Below are positions 39,881 through 50,200 of a stretch of DNA of 64,000 nt, piece by piece. A program made the position numbers and the translations under genes. The notes under the pieces are model-generated. The model had not been told where the DNA came from. It saw only the letters and a program-made list of their open reading frames with translations, and did not search any database. The stretch is taken from assembly GCA_964291315.2 (NCBI GenBank), contig OZ219753.1, forward strand, positions 2,304,001 through 2,368,000, in the 5' to 3' direction. Each line of letters opens with the position of its first letter. Positions within the stretch are counted from its first letter, which is position 1. Source of the stretch: Candidatus Poribacteria bacterium (GTDB lineage: Bacteria; Poribacteria; WGA-4E; WGA-3G).

Positions 39881-39891
39881 GGGGGCGTTAT

Positions 39892-40434
39892 ATGAGAAGG
39901 GTTGACTTTTTCCTAATAATAGCAATTCTCAGCAGTGTGTGCTGCCACATCGGTTGTGATCGTGAAACCGAAGAAACTGCACTTATCGAGCAAAATGTGT
40001 CTGATGAAGAGGTTTTGACGCGACAAAAACTTTATGAAACCGCGGATTGGGAGACCCGATGGGAGAGGTCGAGAAAAGCACGCAAGCGATACTTTCTGCT
40101 GAAGGATAAGTACCCAGAAGCCGCTATAAACGCATATATTGAATATCGTAATTGGATGGACTACGGACACCCTTTGGCAGAAAAAGTGGGACGAATCAGC
40201 GCAGAAACGGATATATTAGGCAAGATAAATATCCCCCAAAACTTGCAGCTGCTCAATTGGGAATTACAGATAGCGAAGGATACCGGAGCCAGCAAGGAGT
40301 TTCTTGCTGAGATGGAAGAAAATATCCTTTTTTGGACTGAATTGGGTGAAGACTTAGAATCTGAGGGTCATGATCCGGCGCTTTTTGAAATTTCGTTTGA
40401 AATACAAGAAAAAACGGAGACGAAATCTGAATAG
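39892..40434 (+). CDS. Exported, probably lipoprotein, hypothetical protein
   Basis: Signal peptide ending in HIGC; acidic helical body. Confidence 0.7.
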   Translation: MRRVDFFLIIAILSSVCCHIGCDRETEETALIEQNVSDEEVLTRQKLYETADWETRWERSRKARKRYFLLKDKYPEAAINAYIEYRNWMDYGHPLAEKVGRISAETDILGKINIPQNLQLLNWELQIAKDTGASKEFLAEMEENILFWTELGEDLESEGHDPALFEISFEIQEKTETKSE

Positions 40435-40443
40435 GAGGCACTT

Positions 40444-40731
40444 ATGAAAAGATACTTTCAAAATCGTACGAGATTTTTTTTCTTGCTCTTGATACTCATT
40501 GCGTGTGTGAGCCTCTTTTATTTTGCTTCGGATGCAAAAAAGGAAAACGCTTTGGACGTTAAATCTGAACCTGCCCGCCTTAGAGCGCAGAAAAAGAAAT
40601 GCGCTTGTTGCAAGAAGATCAAAGCGTTTAGAAAAGAGTTTGAGGCACGACAAGCCCAGCGGAAACTTGAAGCCGAGAAAGTATCGCAAAGATCTGTTGG
40701 TACAAAAGACAATACCTCAAAAGAAAAATAA
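40444..40731 (+). CDS. Small membrane-anchored basic protein with a CACC motif
   Basis: AGGAGG SD, N-terminal TM segment, KKKCACCKK. Confidence 0.75.
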   Translation: MKRYFQNRTRFFFLLLILIACVSLFYFASDAKKENALDVKSEPARLRAQKKKCACCKKIKAFRKEFEARQAQRKLEAEKVSQRSVGTKDNTSKEK

Positions 40732-41025
40732 AAAAGTGGATAGAAAGACACTTGTAATCCGTTTGGCGGTGTCCCTCTGCTTCCTCACACATTCAGCATT
40801 GCTCTTGTCTGAGTCCCTTCCTACCTTCTTGAAGCGGTAGCCCCCGCCGTGCGGCGTAACCCACCGATAGCTTTTAAAACCCCAAATTCTGGTTCAAATT
40901 CATCGTAACCAAGCCCCTAAGAAATCCGGGTGCTCTGTGTAAACCGCGATTCAGAGAACATCTGGATTTTATGTGCCGAGTTGTGTTATCATACCTGCAC
41001 TAAACACTCCACTTGAGGTGATAAA

Positions 41026-41850
41026 TTGAAACTCGGTGTATCTACTTATTCCTATTGGCATTTCAAACCAGAACGCGTGCCGATTGAGCATGTCATTGAA
41101 GAAGCCGCACGCCTTGAACTCGACGGTGTCGAAATCTTGCATCAACAGATGGCATCTGAAGCGAATCCGTATCTGCAAAAACTGAAACGGCACGCCTTTG
41201 TCCATGGACTCGATCTCTACGCTCTCTCGATCCATCAAGGCTTTGTGTCGCCAGACGAAGCCACGCGACAAAAAAATATCAACCACACCGTCCACTGCAT
41301 TCGATTGGCACACGAACTCGGCATTCCGTCAATCCGTCTCAACTCAGGGAGATGGGGGACTATCCCGTCCTTCGATGAGTTAATGAAAACCGAGGGGCAA
41401 GAACCAACGCTCCCCGGGCACACAGAAAATGAAGCGTTTGATTGGGTGATAGCTGCGATTGAAAAGTGTCTGCCGGACGCTGAAAAATATGGCGTGGTCC
41501 TGGGGCTCGAAAACCACTGGGGATTGACTTGCACCCCGGAAGGAGTCAATCGTATCGTCTCTGCTATCGACTCGGATTGGCTAAAAGTGACAATGGATTG
41601 TGGCAATTTCCTCTCGGATCCTTACAAAAAACTGACACAGATTGCAGGTGAGGCGGTGCTGGTGCATGCCAAAACCTACTACGGCGGTGGCGAATGGTAT
41701 ACATTGGATCTCGATTATGCTAAAATTGGCTCTATTCTAAAAGAGGTGGGGTTTCACGGATACGTGTCCATCGAATTTGAGGGCAAAGCGGATGCACACC
41801 TCGGGGTCCCACAGAGCGTAAAAATGCTCCGAGACGCGCTTCCTCAATAA
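41026..41850 (+). CDS. Sugar phosphate isomerase/epimerase family protein
   Basis: DGVEIL, GLENHWG, DCGNF, HAK, GYVSIEFEG; GAGGTG SD with TTG start. Confidence 0.88.
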   Translation: MKLGVSTYSYWHFKPERVPIEHVIEEAARLELDGVEILHQQMASEANPYLQKLKRHAFVHGLDLYALSIHQGFVSPDEATRQKNINHTVHCIRLAHELGIPSIRLNSGRWGTIPSFDELMKTEGQEPTLPGHTENEAFDWVIAAIEKCLPDAEKYGVVLGLENHWGLTCTPEGVNRIVSAIDSDWLKVTMDCGNFLSDPYKKLTQIAGEAVLVHAKTYYGGGEWYTLDLDYAKIGSILKEVGFHGYVSIEFEGKADAHLGVPQSVKMLRDALPQ

Positions 41851-41914
41851 CCGGTGTCTTCTAGTATGGGCGAGGTTTTTGTACCTGAACGTTGACTTAC
41901 CCTTGGAGGATTTA

Positions 41915-44626
41915 ATGCACAGAAAAACTGTAATATCAATTCTAGCTTTCGCATTGCTCATGACAATAGGAGGCCGCACAACACTAGCAGAGATAGGAGA
42001 GCTGGCGGGAGCGACGAATGCTTCCCAGGTTTGGCGAGCCTTGCAACGTCTACAGACAACCGCTACTGTGCTACACACTGTTGCACACCCTGACGATGAG
42101 AACGGTGCTTTGCTAACGTGGCTCAGTCGCGGCCGAGGGGTCAGAACCGGACTATACTCAACGACACGTGGGGAAGGCGGCGCAAACCTCATAGGCCCCG
42201 AATTATTCGATGCACTCGGTATCGTCCGCACCGAAGAACATCTCGCTGCTGCCCGATACTACGGTATAGATATCTTCTTTAGCAGGGCTGTCGACTTCGG
42301 GTATTCCAAACGGCTCGACGAAACGTTGGAAAAATGGGATTACCAGATGCTGCTGGAGGATATGGTACGTCTCATCCGACGCTACCGGCCCGATGTCATC
42401 ATTTCTCGATTTCAAGGAAATCGTCAAGATGGACATGGACACCATCAAGCCTCTGGGCTTGTGACCTCAGAGGCGTTCCGCGTCGCCGGCGATCCAAATC
42501 AATTTCCAGAACACCTGACAGCAGGACTGCAGCCGTGGCAACCTAAGAAACTTTATATCACGCGTTCCAGGTGGCAACACGGTAACGCTGAACCTGATGA
42601 TACCCCACTGTTAGAGATTAACACGGGCGAATATAACGCTCTATTAGGACTCTCTTACGCTCAGGTTGCCCGTCAAGGCCTCAGTTACCAACGTTCGCAA
42701 GGGGTCGGACAGACGCGCGCGTCCAAAGGTTCCTCACTCACTCAACTGCGTTTGCTGGATACAACACTTCCCAAGCGATCGGAGACCGAACAGAGTCTTT
42801 TTGATGGCCTTGACACCACAATTATGGGAATGGCAACACTCGCCAACGCGCCTGATTTGAATGCAACATTTACGCAACTTCAGGCAAGCGTAGATGCTGC
42901 GCTGAATGATTATGATGCACGGCAACCTTGGACGGTTGTGCCTCACCTTGCAAGTGGTTTAAAAGCTGTTCGCAGCTTAATTGAAGGGGTCCAGAGCCGA
43001 GAGCTTGATGACGCTACGCGTGCGCATCTGCTTTTTCTGTTACAGAATAAAGAGCAGGAATTGATGGATGCTGCCGACGCCGCCCTCGGATGTTCCCTGG
43101 AGGTACTCGTCTACCCCCAAGGCGCGCAAGAAGGATTCTTCCGTTCACCTGAAACCTTCGCAGTTGCGGTTCCGGGACAAAAATTTTCAATCGGAATGCG
43201 GATAGTGAATCCTGCACCCGTTGTTGCTGAACTTGTTGATGCATTTCTCCGCGCCCCAGAGGGATGGATCGTGCGTCAAACCGCAACAGACGCGGCGGAG
43301 AAAAAGGGGATACCCATGCAAACAAATCAAGCGATCGCTGTCACGTTTGAAGTGGAAGTGCCACAAGATGCGTCGTACACCCAACCGTATTGGACTCGCA
43401 CGTCTGAATATCACGATGCTGTCTATACACTACAACATCCAGAGTTTAGGTACATGCCCTTTGCACCGCCCGAGGTTCAAGGGGTTATAACCTATCGTGT
43501 GGAGGGTGTGGACTTCACACTTACGCGCCCCGCACAAACGGTTTCGATCAACCGCCCTTGGGGCGAAAGACGGCGTTTGCTATCGGTGGCGCCCGCCCTC
43601 AGCCTATCTATGACCCCCCGTATCGGCATTATTCCGATAGCTGAATCCGAAGCAGTAGATCGGAAAACAACCGAATTCACTGCCACGGTGGAGGTGTTGA
43701 ACAACGTGGCAGGTGAAGCAGCAGGCACGCTTTCACTCATCGTACCAGAGGAATGGCGTATGTCTCCTGAAAGCACACCTTTCGCTTTTACCCATGAGGG
43801 AGCCAGCAAGACGTTTACTTTTCAAGTGGGCACTAAGGGTGTAGAACCCGGCAAAAATTATATAATTCAAGCAGTCGCTATCTCTGACGGTGAAGAATAC
43901 ACCACAGGTTATCAAGTTATCGATTTTCCTGATCTTGAGCCTCGACATCTCTATCGTCCGGCGACGATGACGCTACACAGTATTTCGATCGAACTTCCAA
44001 CGGAGCTGGAAGTTGGTTACATCATGGGGGTCGGTGATAGAGTGCCTGAGGCACTGCAGCAGATTGGTATCGACGTTGAGATGCTCGGTCGGGAAGAACT
44101 TCGCACCGGTGATTTGAGTCGCTACAACACGATCTTGGTGGGCATTCGGGCGTATGCCGTGCGGCGGGATCTCATTGCGTATAACGGACGACTTCTCGAC
44201 TACGTCCATAACGGAGGTAACCTTATCGTCCAATACCAGACCCCGGAATTTGACGATGCCCCGTTCGGCCCCTATCCGTATACGATGGGGCACCGACCCG
44301 AGGAAGTCTCCGAAGAAGATGCACCCGTGGGCATTCTGATCCCATCACATCTGATTTTCCAGCATCCTAACCTGATTACAGAAGCTGATTTCGATGGATG
44401 GGTTGAGGAGCGCGGTTCAAAGTTCTTAACTCAGTGGGATTTCAACTATCAGGCGCTCCTGACGTGCAACGACCACAAACAGGAGCCGCAGCGCGGCGGT
44501 CTCCTCTATACCAAATATGGAGAAGGTACCTATATCTACGCTGCTTACGCTTTTTATAGACAGCTCCCGGCAGGTGTCACAGGAGCGTACCGTCTCTTCG
44601 TTAACCTGCTTACGCTCGGCAAGTAG
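41915..44626 (+). CDS. Secreted PIG-L/LmbE family deacetylase with NEW3-like and C-terminal glutamine-amidotransferase-like domains
   Basis: AHPDDE, TRGEGGAN, DFGYSK, HGHHQ, WQPKK, GERGS-type EERGS and FYRQLPAG motifs. Confidence 0.88.
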   Translation: MHRKTVISILAFALLMTIGGRTTLAEIGELAGATNASQVWRALQRLQTTATVLHTVAHPDDENGALLTWLSRGRGVRTGLYSTTRGEGGANLIGPELFDALGIVRTEEHLAAARYYGIDIFFSRAVDFGYSKRLDETLEKWDYQMLLEDMVRLIRRYRPDVIISRFQGNRQDGHGHHQASGLVTSEAFRVAGDPNQFPEHLTAGLQPWQPKKLYITRSRWQHGNAEPDDTPLLEINTGEYNALLGLSYAQVARQGLSYQRSQGVGQTRASKGSSLTQLRLLDTTLPKRSETEQSLFDGLDTTIMGMATLANAPDLNATFTQLQASVDAALNDYDARQPWTVVPHLASGLKAVRSLIEGVQSRELDDATRAHLLFLLQNKEQELMDAADAALGCSLEVLVYPQGAQEGFFRSPETFAVAVPGQKFSIGMRIVNPAPVVAELVDAFLRAPEGWIVRQTATDAAEKKGIPMQTNQAIAVTFEVEVPQDASYTQPYWTRTSEYHDAVYTLQHPEFRYMPFAPPEVQGVITYRVEGVDFTLTRPAQTVSINRPWGERRRLLSVAPALSLSMTPRIGIIPIAESEAVDRKTTEFTATVEVLNNVAGEAAGTLSLIVPEEWRMSPESTPFAFTHEGASKTFTFQVGTKGVEPGKNYIIQAVAISDGEEYTTGYQVIDFPDLEPRHLYRPATMTLHSISIELPTELEVGYIMGVGDRVPEALQQIGIDVEMLGREELRTGDLSRYNTILVGIRAYAVRRDLIAYNGRLLDYVHNGGNLIVQYQTPEFDDAPFGPYPYTMGHRPEEVSEEDAPVGILIPSHLIFQHPNLITEADFDGWVEERGSKFLTQWDFNYQALLTCNDHKQEPQRGGLLYTKYGEGTYIYAAYAFYRQLPAGVTGAYRLFVNLLTLGK

Positions 44627-44635
44627 CCGCTACTC

Positions 44636-45736
44636 CTAGTCCGTCTCCCACGGTGCTACCTTCTCGACGGGTGGCGGTGCTGGGAAGCGACTCACAACAT
44701 CAATAGGGCGACCTGCATCAGACGATTCAATTATCCGTTCACACACTTCTAGCGTGTGCCGTGCTTGGGCACCGTTACAGCGCGGGTTTCGATCGGATCT
44801 AATTGCGTCTGCGAAGTCAGCGACTCCCTTGCCCCAATCTAACCCTACAAAGGATTTTGGTGGCGAAGGTTCGTCTTGCCACTGGTGCTGTGGCGTGAAT
44901 TTTTTGATGCCGCGTCCGTCGTCGTGTGCTTGTAGAGAGAAACCGCCTGTTGTACCGTGAATCTCATAAGGCGGCATCCCGGAGGCAACAGTGAAACTGT
45001 GATAAATGAGTCCGTGTGCGCCGTTTTCAAATTCAAGCACAGCAAATCCGTGATCCTTCTCATTGACCTCAAATTCAGTCCCTTTCCGCGGTCCCTGGTG
45101 TAACGTCCGTTTTGGAACAGCAAGTCGTGCAAAGCCGTGTACCGTTCTAACGGGGGCGATCATAGTTGTCATCGCTGTGAGCGGATATGGGGCGACATCG
45201 CGAAAGGGCCCCGCGTGCATCAGAAACGCATCAGCATTCGGGTGCCAGTGTTCCAAGGGACCACCGAAGTTGCCAATTACAGAGAGGATATCGCCGATCT
45301 CACCGTCCCGGACCCGTTGCCAGACGTTCTGTTGAACGTAGCCGAGGATCGCTGATGGCGCACATGCCAATTTCAAATCTAGTGCATCTGCCGTTTCGAC
45401 AAGCTCGTTTGCTTCGTCGGTTCGGATAGAGATCGGTTTCTCAGAGTAGACGTGTTTTCCGGCTTTCAAGGCCGCTAACGAAATGGGGTAGTGTGAAGTG
45501 TGAATTGTCAAATTCACGATCGTTTCCACGTTTGGATCGTTTAGAACTTCATCGAACGATTTATAAACGCGCCCTCCGTCTCTATCCGCTAATGCTGAGG
45601 CCCGCGTTTCATCTTGATCGTAGTAACCAGCCAGTTCAATGCAGTGTGGATATGCTTGGCATCGTGGTTGGTAGCCGCCTGCAGCTATCATACCACAACC
45701 GACAATCACTGTGCGGACTGGAGTTGTATTGGACAT
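44636..45736 (-). CDS. Gfo/Idh/MocA family oxidoreductase
   Basis: IVGCGMIA, AGKHVYSEKP, GEIG. Confidence 0.9.
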   Translation of the reverse strand: MSNTTPVRTVIVGCGMIAAGGYQPRCQAYPHCIELAGYYDQDETRASALADRDGGRVYKSFDEVLNDPNVETIVNLTIHTSHYPISLAALKAGKHVYSEKPISIRTDEANELVETADALDLKLACAPSAILGYVQQNVWQRVRDGEIGDILSVIGNFGGPLEHWHPNADAFLMHAGPFRDVAPYPLTAMTTMIAPVRTVHGFARLAVPKRTLHQGPRKGTEFEVNEKDHGFAVLEFENGAHGLIYHSFTVASGMPPYEIHGTTGGFSLQAHDDGRGIKKFTPQHQWQDEPSPPKSFVGLDWGKGVADFADAIRSDRNPRCNGAQARHTLEVCERIIESSDAGRPIDVVSRFPAPPPVEKVAPWETD

Positions 45737-46053
45737 TCAATAAGCTCCTTTTTACGTATCAATGTTTTTACGTTTGTAAGATTTAAAGTCTACCAGATTA
45801 TCAGACTGGTTGCAAGCCTGGGCGTGTAAAATTTTGATACGGAATTCACGAGGTCTCCAAAATGGCCCTAACCTCCGGGCAAGGTTGCCGCGCCCATCTT
45901 GGCGTTCGGCAATCCGGGAAACCGTTAGAGACTCTAAATTCCGGTTCAGAACGAAATTCCCAATAAACCCAATTTTTCTCTTGACATAAAAGGCAGACAC
46001 AATGTAATATATAGGGTGTAACTTGGCAACCAATATTATATATAGATCTTGAG

Positions 46054-46518
46054 GTGATAAACGTGCTAAGGGGCCATCAACTCGCTTCTATCGCTATCCT
46101 TGCCTCCCTGATTCTGTCTGGATGTGCTGGATCGCGGGACAGTGACCAGGCTGAGGCTTACAACGCATTCGCGATAAGAGCTGCAGAAGCAGAACTCTGG
46201 AACGAGGCCGTGTTCCGATTGAAACAGGTTATTAATGTTGATCCAGTGAATTCTAAAGCCTATAATAACCTCGGTGTTGCTTACGAAGCCCTCGGGAACA
46301 TAGATGAGGCTGTCGCTGCTTACGAGCATGCGACGGAACTAGAACCCGATAACAAATACTATCGACTCAATTATCGGAGGTGCCGGATACATGTCCGACG
46401 GAGCGGGGCTGATGCTGATACCGCGCAATTGGCAGAAGAGGGGGCTCCACCTAAGAAAAAGGAGCAGAACTCAATATTCGAAACTCGCTTTCAAGTGAAG
46501 ACAGAGATATGCAAATAA
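46054..46518 (+). CDS. TPR-repeat lipoprotein
   Basis: Lipobox LSGC; AYNNLGVAYEALG...AYEHATELEP TPR. Confidence 0.85.
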   Translation: MINVLRGHQLASIAILASLILSGCAGSRDSDQAEAYNAFAIRAAEAELWNEAVFRLKQVINVDPVNSKAYNNLGVAYEALGNIDEAVAAYEHATELEPDNKYYRLNYRRCRIHVRRSGADADTAQLAEEGAPPKKKEQNSIFETRFQVKTEICK

Positions 46519-47222
46519 TGAATAAAATGGCGACCCTCTTTGTGATTTTAACCCTTTGCGGCTGTGGTAGTACTGTCACGCGGGTCTCTATTCCGGTGAA
46601 AGTTCAATCTGAAATTGACATCGGCCGGTATTCCAACTTTGCGGTTTTGCCGTTTATCAATGAAAAGACGGATCGCAACGAGGAAGTGCCTCCAGAGATA
46701 GGTGAGGATATCGCTGCGATACTCCGCAGAGGTTTAGCACGCCAAAAAAGTTTCAAAGTCGTCAGCACGCAGGAAACCGAGAGACTTCTTACCGGTGAAA
46801 CTATAGAGGCAGAGTGGCTGACCAATACCAAGCATCTTAGCCAACTCGGTGAGTATTTTGAGGTGAAAGGTGTTATCATCGGGAGCTTTCGGTTTTATTC
46901 AGACAGTCGTCCAAGACGCTATTATGGGGAGCGGTACTCCATACAACGGCAACGTTACGTCATGGATTATCAGGACTATATGCAGAAAACGTATCTACTT
47001 TCCCTGCGCGTCCTGATTATTGATGTCGAAACCGAGCAGATCATTTGGGATGAATCCTACCGACGAAGCACTGCGGAGGCACATACTATTGGTTCTTTTA
47101 TTTTTTCGCAGGTTGGCCCGCATGCAAATGCCATCCGCGAACTTGGCAAGCGTGCGGCATCAGAGTTTACACGGCAAATTTCCCCACACTACGAGCGCGA
47201 AGATAGATATTTGGTAAAATAA
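46509..47222 (+). CDS. Lipoprotein, CsgG/TolB-N-like alpha/beta fold
   Basis: Lipobox LCGC; FAVLPF, GVIIGS, LIIDVETEQIIW pattern. Confidence 0.65.
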   Translation: MQIMNKMATLFVILTLCGCGSTVTRVSIPVKVQSEIDIGRYSNFAVLPFINEKTDRNEEVPPEIGEDIAAILRRGLARQKSFKVVSTQETERLLTGETIEAEWLTNTKHLSQLGEYFEVKGVIIGSFRFYSDSRPRRYYGERYSIQRQRYVMDYQDYMQKTYLLSLRVLIIDVETEQIIWDESYRRSTAEAHTIGSFIFSQVGPHANAIRELGKRAASEFTRQISPHYEREDRYLVK

Positions 47223-47234
47223 TAGGAAAAACAG

Positions 47235-50200
47235 ATGAGTGGTGAAAAAAAAGAACAAATTCAGAATCGGCAATTAGCAGCCCGCTATTTGCTATTTGTA
47301 GCTTGTTATTTGCTATTTGTTATTTCTTGCGCCTCATGGGCACAGGGATTTGGGAAGAATAAAATCACAGGCCAACGTTTCGAGTGGCACATCCATAGGA
47401 CAGAGCACTTTGATATCCACTATTATCCCAGTGCAGCCAAACTGGTGCCTATTATGGCTGCTATTGCTGAGCAGGCTTACGAACAACACAGCTCTGATTT
47501 TGAACATGAGCTGCAAGACAGAACGCCGCTTATCCTTTACAAATCCCATAAAGACTTCCAAGAAACCAACATAATCCTCCAAGAACTCCACGAAGGCATC
47601 GGGGGGTTCGCTGAGATCTTTAAACACCGTATTGTTATACCTTTCACCGGGTCTCTCGAAGCATTTCGGGAAGTGATCTTCCACGAACTAATCCATATTT
47701 TTCAGTACGACATCATCTATCAAAAACCACATGCCCGCATCTATAGCGGCGAGTTTCTCTATTCTGCACCTATCTGGTTTATAGAGGGGATGGCAGATTA
47801 TTTTGCTGAAGATAACGATGCTATCGGTGAAATGGTGATTCGTGATGCAAGTATGAATAACAATATCGTACCGCTGCCGCAGCTCCACAATTTCAATCGA
47901 TTGAGATCGCCCTTCGTTGGGTATAAGCTGGGACAATTAGCGGTCGCCTATCTCACGGAGACCTATGGACGCGAAAAAATCGCTGAGATTTTGCAAGGAT
48001 TACGACAGAGCAGGACGAAAGATATTAACCAGGTTTTTATAGAAGTACTCGGGGTGAAGCTTGAAGAATTTGATAAGGCATGGAGGCAGACAGTCCGCAA
48101 ACGTTACTGGCCCCTCATTGAGCACAGAGAATTGCCTGACCTCGTAGCGAAGAACCTTACTGAGAAATCGAAATATTCACATAATATCAAACCGGTCTGG
48201 GCTCCTAGCGGCGATATTATCGCCTACGTCACCGGGAATGAAGGGTTTTTGGAAATTGTCCTTATGTCCGCGAAAACCGGAGAACGCATCAAGCGCATCA
48301 CAAAACGATTTTTCCGGGAAAAATACGAGGAAATTCGCACAGATTTCGGGGGATTTGGCAGGAGCCTCGCTTGGGCCCCCGATGGGGATAGGATAGCATT
48401 CATCGCTAAGTATCACGATGCAAACTACCTTCTTGAAGTTAATATTTTGACAGAGGAACTGACGCAGTACTTTGAACTCAATTTTGATAACGCTACCTCT
48501 CCAGACTATGATGGTAGCGGGGAACGTATCATCTTTTCCGCTCTAAAAAGCGGACAGACAGACCTCTATACCATTGAGTTGTTGACTGGTGAAATAAAAC
48601 GTTTAACATTCGACCTTTTCAACGATACCCATCCGTCGTGGCATCCAACAACAGGTAAAATCCTCTATACCTCTGAACGGGGCGGGAAAAATAGGCTCGT
48701 CCTTATGGACCTCAATCGCGGAACGGAACTTGTCCTGACAGATAACACCTATAATGCTGTTAGCCCCACGTGGGCACCAGGCGGCGAATCGATACTTTTT
48801 TGTTCTGATGCTAAAGGCATTTACGATGTTTACGAGCTTGAAATTGTGGAGAAAACCGGCACCGAGGAAAACGCCAATTCCAGAAAAGAGAAGCCCGTTG
48901 CACAACAGGCTAGTAGTGGTGACTCCAAAACAGAACAGGTCGCATCTGCAGAAGGGCATGTGGAGCCTTTAAAGCCATCTTTAGAGCTCAAACTTACGCG
49001 GCTTACCAACATCATGACGGGTTGTTTTAATCCAAGTTTGGCTCCAGATAGAGAGCATCTGCTGTTTAGCGCATACCAGAATGGAAAATACGATATCTGC
49101 CTGATGGATATTGGCAAAACCATTAAAGAGGAAATTGAAGTTTCAGACGGACCAGAACCGTCTGCAATTTTGACAGCAGAAGGCACAGAGAATTATAGGA
49201 TTGCTAAGCGAAAGTACAACACCCGTTCCTCTTTCGCCCTAGATGCAATCTTTCCTAATTTCAGTTTTGGTGCCGACGGTATCCTGAGAAGCACGGTACA
49301 AATCATCGGTAGTGATATGCTCGGCAACCATCGCATCGGAGTTAGTGTGATGAATCAATCCAGCTATCTTGCCCCAGATTTCATCGCGCAATATGGATTC
49401 TTGACACATCGAACCGATATTGGTGCCATGATTTATAACTATCATGAATACCATATTTTGGGCGGCATTCAGAACAGACGTGGTATTTTACAGCGGATTA
49501 CAGGGCTCGGGGCGTATCTCAATTACCCGTTCGACAGGTACCATCGCCTTGATTTTGAATTCTCGATGTACTCAAAGCCGTTTTCCTTTAATTTTCAAAC
49601 GAGGGAGCCTTTGGGACCCTACGCAGACGATAGAGGCTTGCTCACCGTTGGTTCTCTCGCTTTTGTTGGAGATACCACAATGTGGCGTGAGTGGGAGCCT
49701 TATACCGGTTCGCGCTACCGACTCCAACTTGAGCAGTCACTCCCCGCCCTCGGCAGTGATCTCGCGCTAACAAACCTTATTTTTGATGGACGCCGCTACT
49801 TCGGCCTGGGAAGGCGTTCTACGATTGCAGCGCGATTGTTGCTAGGTGGCAACTTCGGCCCTGACCAATCCTACTTCTACCTCGGCGGGATTGATACAAT
49901 CCGTGGTTATGATTACGAAGCTCTGGTCGGCACACGCATCGGACTTCTCAATTTGGAACTCCGTATTCCGTTCATAGATGTACTTCACTTCGGCTGGCCT
50001 GTCCCCTGGACGCTCGGAGGGATCCGTGGAATCCTCTTTGCAGATATAGGCGGCGCATGGTCGGATTGGCAATACGGCCCAGAAAATCCGTTCAGGATCT
50101 TTGTTCGAGAAAAAAATCGACTCCGGCTTGACGATGCTAAGGCAGCAGTTGGACTCGGACTTCGGCTCCAACTTGGAGTGTTTTCAGTCGACTTCGCAGC

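Noticed and set aside
40845-40865. GTAG-started GC-rich mini-hairpin resembling a REP
   Set aside because: Single copy in the window and no RAYT transposase nearby.
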